Origin: a virus | Taxonomy: Duplodnaviria > Caudoviricetes | Length of the DNA: 43,511 nucleotides | Reading direction: 5' to 3' (one strand) | Virus record (IMG/VR): IMGVR_UViG_3300005573_000146 | Coordinates: 1 to 43,511 of that record | Shown: positions 32,463-41,700 of the stretch, in pieces | Layout: every line of letters begins with the position of its first letter | Numbering within the stretch: the first letter of the stretch is position 1 | Program-made: the position numbers and the translations under genes | The notes under the pieces: generated by a model | What the model was told of the DNA's origin: nothing | Seen by the model: the letters and a program-made list of their open reading frames with translations, nothing else | Database searches by the model: none

Positions 32463-34790
32463 ATGGCAAAGCAAAACGCCAAGTATCAGTTCCCGATCAA
32501 GGGCGTCGTCAAGACGATGGGCTTCGAGGACCATCCAGCCGACGCGATGGTGGACGCCCTGAACGTGATGCCGTGGGATCGCTCTGGCCGGCTCCGCCTC
32601 TGCCAGCGAACCGGCACGTCGAAGCTGTACGCTGATCCGGTCGGGACTGGCGGCGTGAAAGCCATGATGCAGGTGACGCTCGGCTCTCAGCCGCAGTACG
32701 GCCGCACCGTGGAGTCGATCGTGAATCCGCTCCCGGAAGTCTGGGCGGAGCACTTCGTCGGCTGGGTGATTTACGTGGGCGACGGCATGTGGGCGTTGGC
32801 TCGGCCCGGCCTTTGGCTGCCGAGTGCGAACGGCTACGGCGACGCCTTGGCCCAGATCGGCATTGGCTCTGGCTTCGTGCCGAGCGAAGTGGCTGGCGGA
32901 CCTGATGGCGATGCGTTCCTTCGCATCACGCCCGGCCCCGCAAATCCTGGTGATGCCCAGAGCCGATCGCTGGCCCTCGGCGTCCAGGAAGTCGTGACGC
33001 CCGCCGACCACACGGCCTTTGTCTGGATGAATATGGACGCGGCCCCGGCCGGCACGACGGTCTATCTGTCGGCCCGGTACAAGCCGACGTACCTTGATTA
33101 CTCGCGGCTGGCCGGCATGATCCATCTCGCCATCACGGATCGCACGACCGTTCGTGTGATCTTCGGCAACCCCGATTCCGGGCTGGTGTTGTTTACGAAT
33201 GTGTGCGCACTGGCGGGCTGGGTCAAACTTCGCATCGACACAATCCCGGTGGACGGCACCGCGACCAGTGAGCAGCGTATCCACCACTTCTACATCAACG
33301 ACGTGCGGATTTTCTCCGTGCAGACTGCGACTGCCGCCGGGCCGGAATACGACACCAGCGATTGGGAGTTCACGCAGCACACCTTCGGCGTCGCGTTCAC
33401 CACGCTCAGCGGCTACGTCGATTTCGATTGGGCCGCCGGCTACGAGATGGACGTTGCCGATTCGGTCGTAGGGCTGAAACGTGACAACAAGATCGTGTAT
33501 GGCGTCGGCGGGGACGTGGCACTCGGCGACCTGAACAGTGTGACGACTTCCACGGCGGGCTCTGCCAAGTTGGATGTCATGGCTCCCTTCGTATCCGTCG
33601 CATCGTCTTCGCTGAAGGCGTACATCGTCGATGGAACGAACACGAAAGTCCTGGACCTGAAGACGAACACCCTGAGTGACTTGACCGCGACGGCGGGTGT
33701 GCTTCCGACGCGGTGCAAGCTCGCATGCATGTACCGGGACAGGCTCGTGCTCGCCGCTCCCGAGGGCGAGGAGCATTGCTTCTTCTTTAGTCGCGTTGGG
33801 CATCATACGGACTTCGACTACACGATCTTGAACGATCCGGCCGCCGCCTTCGAGGGCAATGCCAGCACGGCAGGCCATATCGGCGACCCGATTGTTGCCC
33901 TGATCCCGCTGTCGGACGATCAACTGCTGATTTCTTGCGATCACCAATTGTGGATCGTTCGAGGCGACCCGGCAGATGGAGGCAGCATCGACCTTCTCGC
34001 TGATGTCGGTGTGCTGGGTGCCTCGGCGTGGTGCAAAGACCCCAACGGCGTCGTGTACTTCGTCGGCACCGGCGGCCTGTATCGCATGATCCCCGGCGTC
34101 CGACCCGAGTGCCTAAGCAACGACAAATGGAATGAGTTCTTTAGCCGAATCGATCGCACCCGGAACGCGGTCTTGATGGCGTGGGACTTGGATGGGCAGG
34201 GGGCGTACATCTTCGTGACACCCTACGCCAGCGGCCCGAGCACAGCCCTTTGGTTCGACGGGCGGCTCTCGGCCGGAGACGCCCGTTGCAGCCTATGGCC
34301 CATCGCGATTCCCGCGAACCACGGGCCGCTGTCTGTGCTGGTATACGACGGCGATGGTGCCACTGATCGCCGCATCCTGCTCGGCGGCCGGGACGGCTGC
34401 GTTCGCGGTCTTTCGCATGTGGCGAAGACTGACGACGGCGAGACAGTTTCCAGCTACGCGATTCTCGGGCCGTACACCCTCGGCGAAGTCGAGGCGGTCA
34501 TGGAGTGGATCGACGTTGTGATGAGCCGGCCGATCGGAAGTGACGCCGCCTCTGATACGCACATGCTGCTACAGGTGCTCTCCGGCCAGAGTGCGGAGCA
34601 GGCGATGGCGGCCCCCTACCTGACGCGGAGCAAGACAATCTCCACGACGGGCCGGCAGGGTCGCTGGCTGAACCGCACTCGCGGCGTGACGTTTTTCCTG
34701 AAGGTGTCGAATTCCGTCGCCGGAAAAACCTTCGCGGTTGAGAAAGTGGACTTCGGCCTGTCGAGTTGCGGCATTGTGCGGAGGCGGTAA
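32463..34790 (+). CDS. Tail nozzle / stabilisation protein (tail tubular B / P22 gp10-like beta-propeller)
   Basis: DALNV...GRLR..RTG N-terminus, YRDRLVLA, FFSRVG, GDPIVAL, VYFVGTGGLYR blades; 775 aa. Confidence 0.72.
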   Translation: MAKQNAKYQFPIKGVVKTMGFEDHPADAMVDALNVMPWDRSGRLRLCQRTGTSKLYADPVGTGGVKAMMQVTLGSQPQYGRTVESIVNPLPEVWAEHFVGWVIYVGDGMWALARPGLWLPSANGYGDALAQIGIGSGFVPSEVAGGPDGDAFLRITPGPANPGDAQSRSLALGVQEVVTPADHTAFVWMNMDAAPAGTTVYLSARYKPTYLDYSRLAGMIHLAITDRTTVRVIFGNPDSGLVLFTNVCALAGWVKLRIDTIPVDGTATSEQRIHHFYINDVRIFSVQTATAAGPEYDTSDWEFTQHTFGVAFTTLSGYVDFDWAAGYEMDVADSVVGLKRDNKIVYGVGGDVALGDLNSVTTSTAGSAKLDVMAPFVSVASSSLKAYIVDGTNTKVLDLKTNTLSDLTATAGVLPTRCKLACMYRDRLVLAAPEGEEHCFFFSRVGHHTDFDYTILNDPAAAFEGNASTAGHIGDPIVALIPLSDDQLLISCDHQLWIVRGDPADGGSIDLLADVGVLGASAWCKDPNGVVYFVGTGGLYRMIPGVRPECLSNDKWNEFFSRIDRTRNAVLMAWDLDGQGAYIFVTPYASGPSTALWFDGRLSAGDARCSLWPIAIPANHGPLSVLVYDGDGATDRRILLGGRDGCVRGLSHVAKTDDGETVSSYAILGPYTLGEVEAVMEWIDVVMSRPIGSDAASDTHMLLQVLSGQSAEQAMAAPYLTRSKTISTTGRQGRWLNRTRGVTFFLKVSNSVAGKTFAVEKVDFGLSSCGIVRRR

Positions 34791-35143
34791 TGGGACACCT
34801 GGATCGAAATGCCGCTTCCCTGGATCGCCTCCGCCGCAATCAGCAGCGGATGCGGGCGGGTGGGGCCACGAGCGACGTGCGGGTCGCACTGCCGCTCAGG
34901 AATGACGGCTCACAGATTCGGCTCGACTTCGTGCAGGAAACCCCGGCTGGCACGATTGACGGCACGAACGCCGCCTTCGTGCTGACAGACGCCCCGGTCG
35001 CCGGGACTCTGATGGTGTTCGTGAACGGGCTGCTGATGACAGGGGACGGCAACGACTACACGCTGGCGGCCAAGACCGTAACGTTCGTCGCGGGTGCGGT
35101 CCCGGAGACGGGCGACATGATCCGTGTGGCTTACGTGAAGTAG
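34790..35143 (+). CDS. Tail fibre-associated protein
   Basis: Start refined to MGHLDRN (TAATG coupling). ETPAGTIDGTN..F.L...P...VFVNG...G.DYT...TF...P..GD.IRV.Y module. Confidence 0.65.
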   Translation: MGHLDRNAASLDRLRRNQQRMRAGGATSDVRVALPLRNDGSQIRLDFVQETPAGTIDGTNAAFVLTDAPVAGTLMVFVNGLLMTGDGNDYTLAAKTVTFVAGAVPETGDMIRVAYVK

Positions 35144-35153
35144 GAGGACGACG

Positions 35154-35630
35154 GTGGGTGTTACGAACATTTGCACTCGGCTGATCCGCGATCTCGCTGT
35201 CACGACAGCGAAGCTCGCTAATGCGGCCGTCACGCTGGCCAAGCTCGGGGCACTGACGACGAAGGGCGACTTGCTCACGCACGACGGTTCGGGTCATCAG
35301 CGACTCGGCGTCGGCACAGACGGGCAGTTGCTCGTCGCCGACAGTGCCTCTGCAAACGGCGTTAAATGGGCTGATCCTTCAGCCGGCGGCGGGTTGACAA
35401 GCTCGAACTTCGTGATCGGCGAAACGCCATCGGGAACAATCGACGGCTCCAATACGAACTTCACGCTCGCGAACACGCCGACCGCTGGCACCGAGCGTGT
35501 GTTCGTGAACGGCGTGCGAATGCGATCGGGGGCCGGGAACGACTACACGATCAGCGGCGGCACGATCACGTTCCTCACCGGAGCCATTCCGCAGACTGAC
35601 GACGTGATCCTTGTGGATTACATGAAGTAG
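35154..35630 (+). CDS. Tail fibre-associated protein
   Basis: AVTTAKLANAAVTLAKL repeats, KGDLLTHDG...GTDGQLL knob, and a second copy of the ETPSGTIDGSN module. Confidence 0.7.
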   Translation: MGVTNICTRLIRDLAVTTAKLANAAVTLAKLGALTTKGDLLTHDGSGHQRLGVGTDGQLLVADSASANGVKWADPSAGGGLTSSNFVIGETPSGTIDGSNTNFTLANTPTAGTERVFVNGVRMRSGAGNDYTISGGTITFLTGAIPQTDDVILVDYMK

Positions 35631-35638
35631 GAGCCCCG

Positions 35639-36826
35639 ATGGGCGTCACGCATATTAAAGGTCAACAGGTTCTCGACGGCACGATCAACACGAATGATCT
35701 TGCCGATGGTGCCGTTACGCACGCCAAGCTTAACGCGGACGTGCCGAATACGACTGAGGGAATGCACCTGGATACGAGCGGGTTGGGGGTGACGCTCTAC
35801 AGTCCGACAACCAAAGCGTCGGGATTGGTGTTCGACGCGTCAAACGGCGGCTTGAGGATTTACCTCCAGGATACCTCTCGCGGCTTGTTCCTTTCTTCCA
35901 CGACGGGGCTCCAGGTGCAATGCCTGAGTACGGGAGGTTTGACCCTCGCTGCTGGCGGCGTTCAGATCAAGCTCGACGGTACAAGCCTGTCCACGTCCGC
36001 GAATGGGGCGAAGGTCGCCTTGCTGGCCGGCGGCGGCATCACCACGGGCACGGGCGGCCTGCGACTGCCCCTCACCGCGAAGGGTCAGCTTCTCACGCAC
36101 AACGGCACCGACCACATCGTCCTCGCCGCCGGTGCGGACGGCACGCTGCTTCGGCGGTATGATACGGCGGCCTCGGGGCTGTCTTGGGACAAGGTATACC
36201 TTGCCGACCTTGGCGTCTTCTCGGGCAAGGGCCAGTTGCTCACGAACAACGGGGCCATCAACACCACTTTGGCTCCGGGATCAGACGGACAGGTCTTGGA
36301 GTCGCGGGCCTCTGCGGCGGCGGGCATTGCGTGGGCGGATCGGACCCGCGTGTTGGACGCTGCCGCTACAGCGTACGGGCCAATCACGGCGGTCAGTACG
36401 TACACGGATTTCGGATGGAACGGCAATTCGATCCCCTCGGCGTGGTGGGCGATCGGACGAGCAGTGCGGATAACGGCTTGGGGGGTTTACTCCTGCCCCG
36501 CCGCCGCGAATCAATTCATGTTCGTGCAATTCCGCATAGGAAGCTATGCGGCCGGTCTTGGGGGCGGAGTGCTGCTCCCGGCCAGCGGTGCGACTAACTT
36601 CCCGTGGCGTGCGAGCTTTATCGCCGTGTGCCGATCCGTGGGGACTAGCGGCGAGATTAACGCCGCCGTCGATGCGGATGCTTTTGCAGGCGGCCGGCAA
36701 TTAGGTGCGGTCGCGATCACAGGTTTCGACACAACTTCCGGCTGGGTGCCGACAGTCTGGGGATATCTCGCGCAGGCCAGTTGCTCGATGACGATGACGG
36801 GGGCTTTGATCGAACTTCTGAGTTAA
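35639..36826 (+). CDS. Tail fibre / receptor-binding protein
   Basis: Gly/Thr/Leu-rich shaft repeats, two KGQLLT.NG modules and a distinct C-terminal tip domain. Confidence 0.75.
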   Translation: MGVTHIKGQQVLDGTINTNDLADGAVTHAKLNADVPNTTEGMHLDTSGLGVTLYSPTTKASGLVFDASNGGLRIYLQDTSRGLFLSSTTGLQVQCLSTGGLTLAAGGVQIKLDGTSLSTSANGAKVALLAGGGITTGTGGLRLPLTAKGQLLTHNGTDHIVLAAGADGTLLRRYDTAASGLSWDKVYLADLGVFSGKGQLLTNNGAINTTLAPGSDGQVLESRASAAAGIAWADRTRVLDAAATAYGPITAVSTYTDFGWNGNSIPSAWWAIGRAVRITAWGVYSCPAAANQFMFVQFRIGSYAAGLGGGVLLPASGATNFPWRASFIAVCRSVGTSGEINAAVDADAFAGGRQLGAVAITGFDTTSGWVPTVWGYLAQASCSMTMTGALIELLS

Positions 36827-36838
36827 GGAGTATGAACG

Positions 36839-37633
36839 ATGCTGGGGATAGACACGATCTTGAACAACGTGGCCGAAACGATCGACAACGCGGCGGAGTG
36901 GGCCGGTGGCGGCGGGAGCGCACAGCCTTCAAGCGGGCCTACGTTTTACTCGTTACCGCAGGAGCAGGGGCAGCAGCCACAACGACAACAGCAGCAGAGT
37001 GGTGGAGGCGGAACGGGTGACGTGTTTGATATATTACGAGCCGGAGGTCATGTCGGCCGCTTGTCCAAAGACCCTATTGTAACTAACCCGTACGCGATGA
37101 AGGTGACTGGAGTCGGCGGAAACGTGAACAACCTGATCGGTCAGTTCATGGACGCCTACAACAAGTCGAATCAGGACAGCCTTGCTCAGTACAAGAATCT
37201 GCTCGCGTCCGTGAACCGGACGAAGGCAGACGTGGGCGGGCTGTTCCGCAAGGCGTTCGGCCAGTTGAAAGGCTACGGCAAGTCCGCCATGCAGGACATC
37301 GCCGACCAGCAGGTGACGCAGACGGGGCAGGCGATGCAGGATGCGATCTCGCGCGGCCTGAGCAACACGAGCCTCGCCATGAATGCCCTCCGTGGGGCGT
37401 CCCTCGACGCCGACAAGAAGCGGCTGCTCCTGCGAGACCAGATCGCCGGGCAGAAGTCGAATCTGCTGACGCAGCAGGCCGGAATGAACTTCAACCTCGG
37501 CAACCTGATGGCGGACTCGATCCTATCCCGCCAGAATCAGGGGCCGGACATGGGCCTGTACATGCAACTGATTCAGCAGTTGGCGGCGTCTCAAGCGGGG
37601 CAGAGTAGCGTCGGCGGTCTCGTTGGGAGGTAA
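36839..37633 (+). CDS. Putative internal virion (ejection) protein 1
   Basis: Gln/Gly/Ala-rich helical protein (ISRGLSNTS); first of three genes of increasing size after the fibres. Confidence 0.6.
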   Translation: MLGIDTILNNVAETIDNAAEWAGGGGSAQPSSGPTFYSLPQEQGQQPQRQQQQSGGGGTGDVFDILRAGGHVGRLSKDPIVTNPYAMKVTGVGGNVNNLIGQFMDAYNKSNQDSLAQYKNLLASVNRTKADVGGLFRKAFGQLKGYGKSAMQDIADQQVTQTGQAMQDAISRGLSNTSLAMNALRGASLDADKKRLLLRDQIAGQKSNLLTQQAGMNFNLGNLMADSILSRQNQGPDMGLYMQLIQQLAASQAGQSSVGGLVGR

Positions 37634-37636
37634 TCA

Positions 37637-38716
37637 ATGCCGGCACCTGTTCCTATTCAAATCCGGTACGGTCCTGCGGGGCTGGCCCTCCAGGCGGCTG
37701 CCTCGGCGGCCTATAACCAGCAGGCGAGCATTGACGCGGATCGGCAGCGGGCGATGGACATGCAGTTCCTCAATAGTGAATTGAACCGCCGGGAGCGTAT
37801 GGCGGAGTTCGCCGCCCAGAACGAACAGGAGCTACGCAAGCTCCAGATGGCCGAGGAATTTCAGCGGCAGCAGGCCGAGGCGAACAGGCAGCAGCAGCAG
37901 CAGCAGCCGTTGTACTTCACGGGCAATGGGGTCGGTGACTCACTCCAGAAGATGAAGGCGGCCCTCGCCCAGCAGGCCGAGGCCGCTGGAGTCACGGGGC
38001 CGCAGTTGGACCTGATTAAGCAGGTTGCGGCTGATCCCAAGGCGGATATCAACACCCTGCATTCGGTGACAACTGACGCCATGCGGCAGGCGCAGCTGTC
38101 CAAGTCGATCCAGCAGAACCGCGAAGCCAAGACGCAGTACCTCACCGAGGCCGCCAAGCGGGTTCCCGGTATCGACGTGCAGTTCAAGCCGATGTTGGAT
38201 GACGACAAGTTCTCCGCTCAGGATTTGCGAGTCGCGATCGACGCAGAAATCAACCGCCGCAATGTCGGCATTCGTACGAAGCTCAGCAAGCAGGAAAGCA
38301 ATCTCGACGATCAGATCGGCACTGTCCAGCAGCAGATGAAGGCCATCGAGAAGACGCTTCGCGACGCGGGCGTGGACCCGAACGCAAGCTCCGCCAAGCT
38401 CAACCCGCAAGTCGCCGATCTTAGCGGCACCACTCGCGGGCTCGGCTTCTGGGGCAACATCAAGGATGCGATGCCGTTCCTGAGCGGCAACCCCGTGTCG
38501 GGCGGCGATCCGGGCTTGATGGAGTCCCTGATTGCGTACTGGAGAGCGAAGCGGCAACTCGACGCTCTGATGAAGCAGCGTGAAGCCGTGGTCGATCAGT
38601 TTGTGGCCGCGGACGCGGCGATGTCTCCGACCCCTGCTCCTGCTGGTGTTGTTACCCTGAACGGGCAGACCCGCACGGCGGCTCCGGCGAACAACGATCC
38701 TCTCGGTATCCGGTAA
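37637..38716 (+). CDS. Putative internal virion (ejection) protein 2
   Basis: Gln-rich coiled-coil protein ending NDPLGIR, 3 nt before the giant ORF. Confidence 0.6.
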   Translation: MPAPVPIQIRYGPAGLALQAAASAAYNQQASIDADRQRAMDMQFLNSELNRRERMAEFAAQNEQELRKLQMAEEFQRQQAEANRQQQQQQPLYFTGNGVGDSLQKMKAALAQQAEAAGVTGPQLDLIKQVAADPKADINTLHSVTTDAMRQAQLSKSIQQNREAKTQYLTEAAKRVPGIDVQFKPMLDDDKFSAQDLRVAIDAEINRRNVGIRTKLSKQESNLDDQIGTVQQQMKAIEKTLRDAGVDPNASSAKLNPQVADLSGTTRGLGFWGNIKDAMPFLSGNPVSGGDPGLMESLIAYWRAKRQLDALMKQREAVVDQFVAADAAMSPTPAPAGVVTLNGQTRTAAPANNDPLGIR

Positions 38717-38719
38717 ACC

Positions 38720-41700
38720 ATGCCTACCTTTGAAGAAGCACAACAGAGTCTCCAGCGTGTCCGCGTGGAGTATCCGCAGTATGCGGACATGGACGATACG
38801 ACGCTCGCGACGCGACTGTCTCAGAAGTACCCGGAATACGGCGACATCGCTCAGGCGATCGCCAGCCGCCCGGCCCGGCGGGACGTGCCGATGGCCGAGC
38901 AGCAGATTCCGGGCGTGAGCCGCATCTTCGAGGGCATGGAGCCCGAGGCGTATTCCGGGCTCCTGAAGACCGGCATCACCCCCGGCACCGCCATGCATTT
39001 CGCCGCCGCTCACATCGAGCATGAGAACGCGATCCGTGCTCAGAACGGCGCGGCCCCGGTGTCGCCAGGCGAGCAGCTTGCGATTGAGGACATCTATAAG
39101 CAAGCCGCCGGACGCGGTGATCTCAGTAGCCACGACTTCTACCCGGAAGTTCGGCAAGAGCGGCTGGCGGCCCGCGATAAGACGGTGGGCGGGAGACTGA
39201 CAAATTTCGCGGTCGGCGCTGTGGACACCTTGGCAGCCCAGCCCATCAACGCGATGCTCAGTACCGTGGCCCCGGAGACAGCCCGCGATCTGCGGCGCGA
39301 AACGGAAATGGGCCTAGGCGTTGACCCGAAAAGCTGGTCAGGGTGGTCTGGGCACATGACCGGCAACCTCGCCAAGCTGGCTATCCTTCAAGGCGCAGGC
39401 ACCCTCCCGATGACAGCGGAGTTCGCGGTTGAAGGGTTTGGCGGCTCCCGCGCGGAGACCCAACAGCTTCGCGAGGAAGGCAAGGTTATCTCTGGTTGGA
39501 ATGACATCAAGACGGCGGCGGAGAGAGCGGCGGTACAAGCCGGTGTCGGTCTGATTCAGAACAAGATTTTCGGGGGGTCGCAGGCGTTCGGCAGGAAGCT
39601 CGTCGAGGACGCGGCGGTCTCGGGCGGTCAAACGCTGGCTGATAACTGGCTGGCCCAGAACATCGACCCGACCCGCAAGCTGAGCCAGGGCGTCGTTGAA
39701 GCCGTGGCAACGTCTCCGCTGTTCACCGCTGTCGGCCACGCTGTCGGAGTGAATGAGAGAAACCAGAAGATCAGGGAAGACAAGGTTCGCACGGCCAAAG
39801 AGATACTGCGCGAGATGGACGCGCGGGCCGCCAGTAACGAGACCATGGTCGCGGCCCGCGACGTGCGGCTCGGGGATGCGAGGGTGGAGGGGGAGACCGG
39901 AGTAAAATTAGAAGGAGTTTCAACGGATGCTGAAACCGCCCACCGGTTTGGTGAAAAGCCAACGGGGCTTTTCACCAAACCGGTGGGCGACGCGATCGGA
40001 TTCGACGATTCAGGATTACCGCACTCCTTGGAAGACAGGGCGTCGGATAACGGGTTCGTGGCGGCATGGAAAGACAAAAACACCGGAGAGATTTTCACCG
40101 GGGAGACGCACGACAAGGCCATTCCCGACAAATACTTGGACGCCCAAGGATTCCCTGACGAATCGCGGCTCGATCAGCTAATCGACGGCTTTGTCAAGGA
40201 CGGCAGGTTCCTTACCCGGGAAGAAACAAGCGCGGCGTTAAAGCAGAGTAAGCCGGTCAAAGACTTGACAGAGGCTCAGGTCAACATCCCCGACCCCGCA
40301 CGGCAGGCCGCCGTCGAGCGGCTGAAGGGCCTCGGGATCAAGACCCTGAGCGGCGAATGGTCGAAGGGCGAGAAGGTTCCGCTCGAAGACGCCCCGACGG
40401 AAAAGGTGCTGCGGGCCGAGCAAGTCGCCCGCGAGAAGGGTTTGCTGAAGGGCGGGGATCACGTCCAGGGCAAGCAGGATCAGGTGCAAGTCACGCAGCC
40501 AGGCGAGCCTGCGGGGCCGGAAGGCCGACGTAAGGTTCTCCCTGATCTGCCAGGAGACCACGGGAAGTGGAAGTATCAAGCCCTGAAAGACTGGGCGGAA
40601 GCGAACGGCTACGAGACGAAGGGCATCAAGGGTCGCGCGCATTTGCTGACAGCGATCGAGGCTCAACAAGCTAAGGCCCGTATCGACAAACTTTCCCGCA
40701 ACAACGTCACGGGCGGGTTGAACGCCGTGCTGTTCCAAGAGGGGTCGGAATCCCTACAGAAGCACTCCGACGAAACGGGAAAGCCGCATTCAATGATCGT
40801 GTTCGACGCGGCGAACCTGAAAACGTACAACGACAAACTCGGCGAACAGGCCGGCGACGACTATCTACGTCGAGTGATGCAGGCCGTCGAAGGGGGGACG
40901 CGCGTCGGCGACAGCAAGCGAGCCGGCGACGCCTATCACTATGGCGGCGACGAATTCGCGATCCTGCTCCCTAATACCGACGCGGCGGGGGCGAAGATCG
41001 TGCGGGATCGAATCGAAAAAGCATTCGGGAAGCATGAGATCGTTCACGGCGTCAGCGATTTCCTCGTAGGTGGAGTGGCTGAGTACAAGCCCGGCAGCGG
41101 CGAGGGGTACGAGGCCATGAAGAACCGGGCGTCCGTCGAAATGAAGGCTCGGAAGTTGGCCATGAAGAAAGCGATGGGGGAGGCCACGACACGCGAGGAA
41201 GCGGAGCGGCGGCTGAAGGATGCAGGCAAAGCCGCCCCCTTGGAGGAAAGCAAGCTAGGACTTGAACGGGCGGACGTGAAGGGCAACCTTGATCCCCGCG
41301 TGCTGGAGGTAGCGGAGAACGTGCGAGCCACTACGCCGAGCGATGGGCTGGAGGGCTTGAAGGCTGACCTGAAGGGCGTGCATGAGACTGCCTACAAGTC
41401 GCCCCCAATCATGGGGACGTACAACAAGTATCCCCGTCGTCGGTTCGAGGGCTTCGAGGATTGGGTTACGGGTATCGGCGACCGGATGTACGAGATCGCC
41501 CCCAGCGTCTTCGACCGCATGAAGCGAATGGACTTTCAGACGGGTGTTCGCCAGCAAGAGGTAGCTAAGAGTCTGGCGGAGCACGTACAGAATCTCTATG
41601 ACGCCGTAGGGGGGAAGAAGTCGCAGAAGTACCAGGAACTCGCCCTCGCTCTCTACAACATGGACCGGGCTGCCGCCGACAGACTCGTCGGCCCTGGGCA

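Noticed and set aside
28475-33947. Long minus-strand ORFs (454, 680 and 765 aa)
   Set aside because: They are antisense shadows of GC-rich structural genes, with no motifs or RBS. The same applies to most overlapping ORFs in the track.
35639-36826. Diversity-generating retroelement targeting the fibre tip
   Set aside because: No reverse transcriptase and no template/variable repeat pair differing at adenines were seen in the window.
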